From Candidatus Micrarchaeota archaeon (lineage in GTDB: Archaea; Micrarchaeota; Micrarchaeia; Anstonellales; Anstonellaceae), in NCBI GenBank assembly GCA_026413965.1, contig JAOAJY010000001.1:1-53334 (forward strand): DNA of 53,334 nucleotides. Direction: 5' to 3'. The notes below the pieces were generated by a model. That model was not told the DNA's origin, searched no databases, and was given only the letters and a program-made list of their open reading frames with translations. A program made the translations under genes and the position numbers. Positions 45,456 to 53,055 of this stretch are shown piece after piece; position 1 is the first letter of the stretch, and each line of letters opens with the position of its first letter.

Positions 45456-46115
45456 ATGAAAATGGAGCTGAATAGAAGGCAAGAAAATCTTGAAAAGGCA
45501 AAAGGAGGCGATTTTGTGAAAAAGCACATGGGACCCGATGTGAATTTGAGGTCGCAGGAGGCTTTTGAGAGGCTAAAGAGCGGAAACAGGAGATTTGTGG
45601 AAGGCAAACATGAGAATTGGGATGTGATTAAGATAAGAAAAGAGCTTGTGAAAGGGCAGCATCCCTTTGCGATGATTGTGGACTGCGCTGATTCGCGCAC
45701 CACTCCTGAATTCGTATTCGACACACGGCTGGGAGACCTGTTCATAACCAGAAAAGCAGGCAACTATCTGGAGCCTGGAGACATAGGCTCTTTGGAATAT
45801 GGAGCGGAGCATCTGAAAGTGCCTCTTCTTGTGGTCATGGGGCACCAGTCTTGCGGGGCTGTGAAAGCCGCATGCTCAAAAGCAAGCGCAGATGGGAATC
45901 TTGGAGAAGTAATCAAGTCGCTCCAGCCTGCTGTGGAGGCAGCGAAAAAAGACCCGGAAGCTGCTGTCATTGAGAATGTGAAGATACAAATACGAAAGAT
46001 AAGGGAAAACAGCAAGCTTCTCCGAAGGCTTGAGAATGAGGGCAAGCTGATGATAGTTGGAGCCTATTATTCGCTTGAAAGCGGAGAAGTGGAATTTTTC
46101 AAGGAAGGTTTTTGA
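45456..46115 (+). CDS. Beta-class carbonic anhydrase
   Basis: LKSGNRRF, GQHP, CADSR, GDLF..R.AGN, SLEYG, GHQSCGAV; GAGGTG RBS before ATG 45456. Confidence 0.94.
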   Translation: MKMELNRRQENLEKAKGGDFVKKHMGPDVNLRSQEAFERLKSGNRRFVEGKHENWDVIKIRKELVKGQHPFAMIVDCADSRTTPEFVFDTRLGDLFITRKAGNYLEPGDIGSLEYGAEHLKVPLLVVMGHQSCGAVKAACSKASADGNLGEVIKSLQPAVEAAKKDPEAAVIENVKIQIRKIRENSKLLRRLENEGKLMIVGAYYSLESGEVEFFKEGF

Positions 46116-47330
46116 GTGGCTGAACAGGCGGACAAGACAAAAGCAAAATACGAGCTTAAAAAGCAGCTTGAGCGCCTGCGTGAGATGAAAGGCAGTGGCA
46201 CCGAGCTTATCTCAGTCTACATACCAGCAAACCAGCCAGTCCATGAAATGAGCAACAAGCTTAGGGAGGAAGCAGGGCAGGCGCAAAACATAAAATCAAA
46301 ATCCACCCGCAAAAACGTCGGCGACGCCCTTGAGCGCATTCTCCACCACCTCAAAACGTATGGCAACACCGTTCCAGAGTCAGGGGTTGCGATTTTCTGC
46401 GGCAATGTGTCAGACAACCCGGCGAAGGTGGATATTGAGCTTTTCACGGTTTATCCGCCTGAGCCGATAAATGTGCAGATTTACCGCTGCGACTCCCGGT
46501 TTTTCCTTGAGCCTCTTGAGAGGATGCTTGCCGCAAGCGAATCCTATGGAATCGTGGTTTTGGACGGAAGAGAGTGCACGTTGGCAGAGCTTAAGGGCAC
46601 CACTGTCCGCATCCTCCACCGCCTCAACTCCACTGCGCATGCGAAAATAAGGAAAGGCGGGCAGTCAGCAAGAAGATATGAGAGGCTGATTGAGGAGTCC
46701 ATAGAGCTTTACTACAAAAGGATTGGGGAGTCCATGGACCGGTATTTCCTCAACAGCGTCAAAGGAGTGATAATCGGCGGGCCAGGGCCTGCGAAGGACA
46801 ACTTTGTCAAGATGTCGCCGTTCAACTACCAGATAAAAATACTTGGGGTGGTGGATACAGGCTACACTGACGAGTACGGGGTTCGCGAAGTGATGGCAAA
46901 AAGCGAGGGCATCATAGCAGAGCAGGAAGCCATAAAAGAGAGGATATTGGTTGAGCGCTTCATAAAGGAGGTTGTAAGCGGAGGGCTTGCCGCATATGGC
47001 GAAAGCGAAGTCAGGAAAGCCCTTGAAAGCAGGCAAGCCTCGCTTCTTTTGGTTTCAGAAGGGCTAGGCTACAAGAGAGCCAAGCTTGTTGACAGCGCAA
47101 CAGGGAAGGAACACTTTGTGACCTCAAAAAGCCCATCTGAGCTTGAGGAGAAAATAAAAAGCATTGGCGGAAATCTTCGGCTTGAGTCAGAAAAGCCGCT
47201 GCTTGATGATTTGATAGAATTGGCAGAAAAGATGGGGGTGGAGGTGGTGGTGGTGTCTGCAGACACAGCAGAAGGGGCGCAGTTTTTGGGCTCATTTTAC
47301 GGGATTGGCGCTTTTTTGAGGTACCGATAA
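46116..47330 (+). CDS. prf1: Peptide chain release factor aRF1
   Basis: GSGTELISVYIP, NIKS, YRCDSRF, KGGQSARRY, GIGAFLRY. Confidence 0.97.
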   Translation: MAEQADKTKAKYELKKQLERLREMKGSGTELISVYIPANQPVHEMSNKLREEAGQAQNIKSKSTRKNVGDALERILHHLKTYGNTVPESGVAIFCGNVSDNPAKVDIELFTVYPPEPINVQIYRCDSRFFLEPLERMLAASESYGIVVLDGRECTLAELKGTTVRILHRLNSTAHAKIRKGGQSARRYERLIEESIELYYKRIGESMDRYFLNSVKGVIIGGPGPAKDNFVKMSPFNYQIKILGVVDTGYTDEYGVREVMAKSEGIIAEQEAIKERILVERFIKEVVSGGLAAYGESEVRKALESRQASLLLVSEGLGYKRAKLVDSATGKEHFVTSKSPSELEEKIKSIGGNLRLESEKPLLDDLIELAEKMGVEVVVVSADTAEGAQFLGSFYGIGAFLRYR

Positions 47331-47372
47331 AGAGGTGTCTGGAGATTGCCAAAAAGAAAAACAGACGGGCTG

Positions 47373-48008
47373 TCACCAGTAGCAAGATGAGCCCCCTGTG
47401 CAGACTCCGCATGGAATGACAAGCGGGGTTTGTCCAACAAATCTTCTAGACAGCACGGAATTTCCTTTTATTATATCATAATCAAAGCCGAAGTCCTGAA
47501 CAGACACGACACCTTCGCCATCAGTGCTACAGACAGTATCTGTGGCAAACATCTGATTGGGAGGCAACTCGGCAGAGCCGGAAGAACCCGGAACAAAAGC
47601 TATAGAGTATTGGCAGTTGCTTCCGTAGCTTCCAAAGCATATTTCTCTTCCTGCTGGTATGTAAATAGAAGAGATGGATTGCGTGATTCCGTTTGCAGAC
47701 CTGTAGGTGTTAAGAACGTTGTTGCCTGCAACTATGGCGCGCAGCCTTATCGGGTCTGCCCCAGTATTTTTTACCCTAAGGTAAGGATAGTGCGAAGTGC
47801 TTGATGGATTGCGGTAAATGGATGATGCGACAATTGCAAGAGGAGAGGCGCTTGACCAGTAAGACTGGCTTTGCGAAAGCTTCACGTCACTAGTCCTACC
47901 AAAAACATCTCCAAGGAGAGCAATTCCAACCAAAGCAACTACAAGAATGACTGCAAGCAAAACAAGATATTCGGTTGCTCCCTGACCGAGAAGCTTTCTG
48001 CTGCTCAA
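47373..48008 (-). CDS. Class III signal peptide (type IV pilin-like) protein
   Basis: RKLLG|QGATEYLVLLAVILVVALV prepilin motif; Cys-rich C-terminus; AGGTGA RBS with TTG start. Confidence 0.85.
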   Translation of the reverse strand: MSSRKLLGQGATEYLVLLAVILVVALVGIALLGDVFGRTSDVKLSQSQSYWSSASPLAIVASSIYRNPSSTSHYPYLRVKNTGADPIRLRAIVAGNNVLNTYRSANGITQSISSIYIPAGREICFGSYGSNCQYSIAFVPGSSGSAELPPNQMFATDTVCSTDGEGVVSVQDFGFDYDIIKGNSVLSRRFVGQTPLVIPCGVCTGGSSCYW

Positions 48009-48070
48009 AGCATCACCTTTTACACAATTTTATATTAATATTTATAATGACGATACTTTGCATTCAGAAT

Positions 48071-49057
48071 TTAGATTTTCCTTTGCTTTAGAGTGTATGA
48101 AGATGAAAGCCCTGTGAAGATGGCGATTGCCTCTATCTTTTTGTGGTAAGATGGCTCGGTCCTGGCGCCATAAATCACATTAGCATCAGGAGAGACTTGC
48201 TGCGTGAGCAGCTCGCCTAGCCTTGTGGCTTCCCCCAAAGTCAAATCCTCTCCGCCTGTGATGTGAAGCAGCGCGCTTTTGGCGCCTTCAATGTTCGCAT
48301 CCAAAAGGCGGTTTTTGAGTATGGCCTCAGCAGCATCCTCCACTTTGGAATACCCTGAAGCCTCTCCAACCGCAATCAAGGATATGCCGCCTTCCTCCAT
48401 CACCGCGCGCAAATCCATGAAATCCAGGTTGAGAAGAGATGGCTCCAGGATGGTCTTGGATATGCCTCTTATGGCTTTTGCCACAATCTCATCAAGGAGC
48501 ATGAAGGACTGCTCTATTGGAAGATTGGGGGCATAATCCACCAGCCTGTTGTTGTCAATAAGCACCACTGTATCTGCTGACTGCCTCATCCTCTCTATCC
48601 CATGGAGGGCTTTTGCCTGCCTGCCTTTTTCTATCGCAAAGGGATAGGTGCAGAAGGCAACCACCAAAGCTCCTTTCTTCTTCGCAATCTCCGCAATCAC
48701 AGGCGCAGCGCCCGTTCCTGTCCCTCCGCCCATGCCGCAGGCTATGAAAACTATATCTTTGCCAGAAAGGTGCGCTGCTATCGCCTTTCTTGAGAAAAGC
48801 GCAGCCCTCTCTGCAATTTCAGGGTGCCCTCCTGCCCCAAGACCCTTGGTTATGGAAGGCCCAAGCAGGCAATGTGTCGCTTTTTTTCCAACGAGGGAGA
48901 GGTGCTTTTTGTCTGTGTTGAAGGCAAAAAGGCTTGCTTCCTCCAGCCCCATCTTTATCAGCCTATTTATTGTGTTGCAGCCTGCTCCTCCGACGCCGCA
49001 GACGGCGATAGACGGAACGCTTTCCTCATCCATGCCAACACCCAAAAACAAATCCAT
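48071..49057 (-). CDS. ftsZ: Second, divergent FtsZ-family GTPase
   Basis: GVGGAGCN, NTD, GLGAGG.P, GMGGGTGTG, PF..E, DNNRL, NLDFMDL. Confidence 0.92.
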   Translation of the reverse strand: MDLFLGVGMDEESVPSIAVCGVGGAGCNTINRLIKMGLEEASLFAFNTDKKHLSLVGKKATHCLLGPSITKGLGAGGHPEIAERAALFSRKAIAAHLSGKDIVFIACGMGGGTGTGAAPVIAEIAKKKGALVVAFCTYPFAIEKGRQAKALHGIERMRQSADTVVLIDNNRLVDYAPNLPIEQSFMLLDEIVAKAIRGISKTILEPSLLNLDFMDLRAVMEEGGISLIAVGEASGYSKVEDAAEAILKNRLLDANIEGAKSALLHITGGEDLTLGEATRLGELLTQQVSPDANVIYGARTEPSYHKKIEAIAIFTGLSSSYTLKQRKI

Positions 49058-49064
49058 GCTTGGC

Positions 49065-49289
49065 TTAAGAATGGTTCAGTTGCCCTTTTTCGCTTTCCGC
49101 TTTCTTTTTCAATCCAGAGCTTCTGATGGAGTCTGCCTCATACATCATGGTGATGTAATAAAGCTGCCAGCAGAGAACTGAAAAAATGAAAGCCGCTGCG
49201 CGAATCTGGTAATCATCGCTTGTTATTATGAAATATCCGCATCCTGCGACCAAAAACATGAGAACCCAGCGGATTGGAGTGGCAAGCAT
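49065..49289 (-). CDS. Small two-TM membrane protein upstream of second ftsZ
   Basis: 74-aa ORF with two hydrophobic helices; TTTAAA box upstream; 7-bp gap to ftsZ. Confidence 0.55.
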   Translation of the reverse strand: MLATPIRWVLMFLVAGCGYFIITSDDYQIRAAAFIFSVLCWQLYYITMMYEADSIRSSGLKKKAESEKGQLNHS

Positions 49290-49341
49290 GAGGAAAATTC
49301 CTGCTTAAAATTTAAAGCCATATGCCGCAGGCGCATAGGTA

Positions 49342-49348
49342 TTTAAAT
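49342..49348 (+). promoter_or_regulatory. TATA box of SRP RNA
   Basis: TTTAAAT 28 nt before the predicted 5' end. Confidence 0.65.
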
Positions 49349-49369
49349 TGGCTCAGCAGCAACATATTA

Positions 49370-49634
49370 GGCAGGATAGGCAGGGGAAGTAGAGGCTCCC
49401 TTTTACCGCAAATCCTCTTTGGCGGTGCCGAATGTCCGGCGAAGTTTCTGCATTGGCTGCAAGGCCTTTGCTTCAAGCGTAGATGCTTTGCCTTGCCGGA
49501 CGGTCCATTGTGCCAACCGGGTCAGGCCGGAAGGAGCAGCCCTACGCATTCTGTACCGTGCTGGCAAGCACCAAAGCGGAGCGGCGGCGAAGACCACCTT
49601 GCATTCTTTGCAGAGGCGCGCCGGAAATCTTGCC
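49370..49634 (+). ncRNA. ffs: Signal recognition particle RNA (7S)
   Basis: Helix-8 motif GGGTCAGGCCGGAAGGAGCAGCCC; 5' GGCAGGAT pairs with 3' ATCTTGCC; Alu-like 5' domain; long rod-like helix 5. Confidence 0.93.
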
Positions 49635-49677
49635 TTTGATTGACAAAAAAAAGAAAGGAAAAAGAAGGAAGCCGCAT

Positions 49678-50061
49678 TCATGGCTTTTCAAAAATCGGGA
49701 TTTCCACTGGCAAATCTTCTGCCACTGCTTGCGGATAATCCGATTGGGCAAACTCCTCTAGCGCAGCCATGTCCTTTGGGCTGATTTCAGCCTTTGCGGC
49801 TGGCTCTTGCTTTGCCGGCTTTCCTTCATCCTTTGGACCAGCTTCTGGCTTTTGCTCCTCTTTCGCAGGAGCAGGCTCTTCTTTTTTCTCCTCAACCTTT
49901 GGCTGCTCTTTCTCCTGCTGCTTGCCAGTCTGTTGCTCTTTTTTTGGCTCTTGCAGCTGCTGTTGCTGAGGCGCCTGCCTTTGCTGCTCTTGCGCGCAGC
50001 CGTATATGAAAGGCAAGGCCAGAAGGCAGATTGCAAGGGCGACTGACATAAGGGCTTTCAT
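49678..50061 (-). CDS. Putative lipoprotein with Q/E/K/P low-complexity stalk
   Basis: MKALMSVALAICLLALPFIYGC lipobox-like signal; GAGGTGA RBS. Confidence 0.75.
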   Translation of the reverse strand: MKALMSVALAICLLALPFIYGCAQEQQRQAPQQQQLQEPKKEQQTGKQQEKEQPKVEEKKEEPAPAKEEQKPEAGPKDEGKPAKQEPAAKAEISPKDMAALEEFAQSDYPQAVAEDLPVEIPIFEKP

Positions 50062-50065
50062 ATTT

Positions 50066-51070
50066 TCACCTCGATGAAGATAGCGCTTCTTTCACAAGCG
50101 AGGCTGCTTCTGCCAGCAGAGACCTCAGCTTTTGCGCAACCTCTTCGTCATACACGCTCGACTTTGAAACAAGAGCGTTTGCCTCGTCCAGCTTTGCCTG
50201 AGCTTTTGCAAGGGCATCTGGCGAGCCTTTTGCTTTGGCCTTGTCCAGGATTGACTGCAATCTTGCGATTTGCCCTTTGGCATTCTCAAGGTATTTTTCT
50301 TTCGGCACACAAGAGGAGCCGATGCATCTCTTTTCCAAAGTCTCTTTCACCTTTTCTGCTTGGCGCGAAGCGATTGCTGCCCTGAGGGCTTCATTCTTCT
50401 CTTCCTGCTGCGCCCTCTGGCTGCCCAAAGCCATCAAAGCCTCGCTTCTGCAGGATGCCATCTGCTGCTTAAGCTCTAAATAAGCGCCTTTCATGGCTGC
50501 AAGCTGCTCCTCTGGCAGGGTTTTTGCCAGATTGGCGATTGCCTTGCTTGCCTCAGCCACGCTTTTCTGCGCCTCTTTCATGGCTTTTGCATAAGCTCCC
50601 TCATCTCCGCTTGCCGCAGCCATAGCCAAAGCCTCTTTTGTTTGCTGGAGCTTTTGCAGGTGCGCCTCAAAATCCGGGGCAGGAGAAGCGGCTGACATCT
50701 GAGAAGCCAGCCCTATTGCAAAATCAAGCTGGCAGAAAGCGTAATTCTGCCTTGCGCGCAAAGTTTCAGCAGCCTTCTCCTTCTTCATCTTCATGCTCAA
50801 GTCCCCCATTTTTTCCTTCTCTGGAGCAGGAAGGACAGCCCTGCCAGACTGAACAGCTGAAGCAGAATCAGGATTCGCCTTGCCTGGCGCTGCTGCCGGG
50901 TTCAAATCCGGGTTTTGCGGCGCTCCTGTTGGCCCTGCCGAAGTTGGTGAGCCTGCTGCTGGGCTTGGATAGCCTGCCGGACCTGTTGGGTCAGGATAAG
51001 GCTCGGCAAAAGCCACAGAGAATGCTAAAAGCAGCATCGCTCCTAAAAACATGCTTGTGCTCCTCATCAT
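50066..51070 (-). CDS. Secreted protein, Pro/Ala-rich N-terminus and long alpha-helical/coiled-coil body
   Basis: Signal peptide ending AFA; GGAGGTG RBS. Confidence 0.78.
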   Translation of the reverse strand: MMRSTSMFLGAMLLLAFSVAFAEPYPDPTGPAGYPSPAAGSPTSAGPTGAPQNPDLNPAAAPGKANPDSASAVQSGRAVLPAPEKEKMGDLSMKMKKEKAAETLRARQNYAFCQLDFAIGLASQMSAASPAPDFEAHLQKLQQTKEALAMAAASGDEGAYAKAMKEAQKSVAEASKAIANLAKTLPEEQLAAMKGAYLELKQQMASCRSEALMALGSQRAQQEEKNEALRAAIASRQAEKVKETLEKRCIGSSCVPKEKYLENAKGQIARLQSILDKAKAKGSPDALAKAQAKLDEANALVSKSSVYDEEVAQKLRSLLAEAASLVKEALSSSR

Positions 51071-51181
51071 ACACCTCCTTGCAATAACTAAAGCAGCGCC
51101 ATAAAATATTATTAAACTTATTTAAACTTGGATGGGAAACGAAACTGACGAATGGAAAAAAGTGAAAAAATTAAAAAAATA

Positions 51182-51865
51182 TTATGGACGGGCGGAAATG
51201 ACGCTGCCTAAAGACATCAAGAGAACCGATAGGAAGAAGAAAAAAAGCAAAATCACCAGTATCGCAAAGATTATTAACGGCGCCACCACGACAAATGCTG
51301 CTTTGAGGGAAGAAAGCTGGTGAGCTTCCTTAATCAGCTTGTATTGGCTGTACATGGAATAGACGCTTATCAACAAAATTGGTATGTTGAAGATTATGCC
51401 AATTAGAGGCAGAAGAGCTAGGACTTGGAAAGGCAGCTGCAGCAAAGCCGAGCCGCCAATAAGCAAAGAAAGAACATATGTTTGCTGGGAAAATTTTCCT
51501 TTGCCACCCACAATCTTTGCAAAAGCAAATAGTATTGCCGATAGGATAAACCCCACGACAAAGACGGATACGGGGAATAAGACAACTGAGGTCAACGCGG
51601 ATAGGGCGCCACTCATATCGCCACTAAGAGCAGAGATGGTAAAGCCTGCTACGCCTATGGCAGCACCGGTAAGCAATCCATAAGCAACAAAATTTTTGGC
51701 TGCGCCCAAGGCAGTAGCATTTTCTGCCTCTATTTTGAATACTGCCTCAGGCCTGAAAAATGCGGTTATCCATTTTGTGGTTGTGGATGAAAAAGGAAAA
51801 CCGTTGGCCACATTCAAGAACCTGCCTTCAATATTCCCTGGCGCACCATATCTGTTTTCTGTCAT
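51182..51865 (-). CDS. Yip1-family membrane protein
   Basis: W..AFFRPEAVF, five TMs, AKIVGGKGKF, AHQLSSLKA; start revised to ATG 51865 behind GGAGGT. Confidence 0.85.
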   Translation of the reverse strand: MTENRYGAPGNIEGRFLNVANGFPFSSTTTKWITAFFRPEAVFKIEAENATALGAAKNFVAYGLLTGAAIGVAGFTISALSGDMSGALSALTSVVLFPVSVFVVGFILSAILFAFAKIVGGKGKFSQQTYVLSLLIGGSALLQLPFQVLALLPLIGIIFNIPILLISVYSMYSQYKLIKEAHQLSSLKAAFVVVAPLIIFAILVILLFFFFLSVLLMSLGSVISARP

Positions 51866-51870
51866 CCAAT

Positions 51871-52005
51871 CTACCTCCCATTCAGTTTCGCATAGCATTT
51901 TCCGCAGTAGCTATGCACAAATCCAGAGGAATCTATGCTCTGCCTCTGGCTGAAGCGGGTAAGCTCAGCTCGGCAAATTTCGCACAACAAATAGTCATTA
52001 TACAT
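51871..52005 (-). CDS. 44-aa CxxC/CxxC zinc-finger microprotein (not in ORF track)
   Basis: Translated by hand: MYNDYLLCEICRAELTRFSQRQSIDSSGFVHSYCGKCYAKLNGR; AGGTG RBS; ends 5 nt before Yip1 start. Confidence 0.75.
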   Translation of the reverse strand: MYNDYLLCEICRAELTRFSQRQSIDSSGFVHSYCGKCYAKLNGR

Positions 52006-52076
52006 CCGAGCACCTAAACCTAATGGTGATTCTCTGCAAAGAAATAAAAGAATATATCTGCCCTAAAAGCAGAGGC

Positions 52077-52180
52077 GCTGGGGTCGCATAATCCGGTATT
52101 GCGGCAGGTTGCTAACCTGTTGAAGGGAAACCTTCGTGTGAGTTCAATTTCCAGATGGAGAGCAAATCTCACCCCCGGCG
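52077..52180 (+). tRNA. tRNA-Ser(GCT) with 18-nt intron in the T-loop (52148-52165)
   Basis: Acceptor GCTGGGG/CCCCGGC plus G73, anticodon stem GCAGG/CCTGT with GCT at 52111-13, long variable arm GAAGG-GAAA-CCTTC, T-stem GTGAG/CTCAC; T-run terminator follows. Confidence 0.93.
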
Positions 52181-52208
52181 CTTTTTTTTGGGAAAGCCAG
52201 CATAAATA

Positions 52209-52254
52209 TTTTAAATACAACACGACAATACGAATGGCAGAGCCTTAGAGGCTC
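52209..52254 (+). promoter_or_regulatory. TATA box (TTTTAAATA) and 5' hairpin (GAGCCT-tag-AGGCTC) of pilin transcript
   Basis: TATA at 52209-17; hairpin at 52240-54 near the expected start site; GGAGG RBS downstream. Confidence 0.6.
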
Positions 52255-52271
52255 GGAATTGGAGGGATGAA

Positions 52272-52601
52272 ATGAAAAGGATTCTATTGGCTTTGCTTGC
52301 TATAAGCGCTCTTTTGGCAGCTGCTTCCTCGCCTCTTACAAGAGTGAGTGCGGCTGTTTCTAACCTTTGCAGCGAGCTTAAGGGATTGCTTCCCGTTGTC
52401 TCAATGCTTATGGTGGTGGTTGCGGGAGTGATTTATGCGGCAGGGCAGATAATGGGCGCTGAGACTCGCGCAAGGGCGAATGTTTGGGCAACTGCCGCAT
52501 TGGTTGGGGCATTGATTGGAGTGCTGATATATGCTGTTGCGCCTCCTGTCCTGCAAACAATATACAGCGGAAGTTCGCAGGGAAGCGACTTTAACTGCTG
52601 A
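52272..52601 (+). CDS. VirB2/TrbC-like pilin, copy 1
   Basis: Signal peptide, amphipathic helix with LC, two hydrophobic helices joined by a short basic loop GAETRARA, terminal Cys. Confidence 0.8.
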   Translation: MKRILLALLAISALLAAASSPLTRVSAAVSNLCSELKGLLPVVSMLMVVVAGVIYAAGQIMGAETRARANVWATAALVGALIGVLIYAVAPPVLQTIYSGSSQGSDFNC

Positions 52602-52613
52602 TGGGGGAGAAAT

Positions 52614-52967
52614 ATGAAAAAATTGGCATTGACTTTGGCTCTTGTTGCTGCTGCCGCATTTGCCACATCCCCTCCTCTTGGGACAGGTGGCAGCGTACGG
52701 ATGGCAATTCAAGACCTCTGCTGCGAGCTTAAAGGATTGCTTCCAGTGGCATCCATGCTCATGATAGTGGTTGCGGGAGTGATTTATGCGGCAGGGCAGA
52801 TAATGGGCGCTGAGACTCGCGCAAGGGCGAATGTTTGGGCAACTGCCGCATTGGTTGGGGCATTGATTGGAGTGCTGATATATGCTGTTGCGCCTCCTGT
52901 CCTGGACACCATCTACTCCCAAAGCGGCACCGCAACAGGCCAAGTATCTTGCGTCTCAGCTTGCTGA
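52614..52967 (+). CDS. VirB2/TrbC-like pilin, copy 2
   Basis: Same architecture; LCC near N-terminus and two C-terminal Cys. Confidence 0.8.
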   Translation: MKKLALTLALVAAAAFATSPPLGTGGSVRMAIQDLCCELKGLLPVASMLMIVVAGVIYAAGQIMGAETRARANVWATAALVGALIGVLIYAVAPPVLDTIYSQSGTATGQVSCVSAC

Positions 52968-52995
52968 TTTTTTTATTTTTCTTTTTTTTTATTTT
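52968..52995 (+). terminator. Oligo-T terminator after pilin 2
   Basis: Long T tracts directly after TGA. Confidence 0.6.
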
Positions 52996-53055
52996 AATCC
53001 ACTTTTTACCACATATTTTTTAAATTCTTCGCGCTCTAAAAATACAGGTGGAAAA

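Noticed and set aside
49322-49761. Several short ORFs on both strands
   Set aside because: They overlap the SRP RNA and are by-products of a GC-rich structured RNA
52020-52223. 67-aa minus-strand ORF
   Set aside because: Antisense to the tRNA-Ser gene
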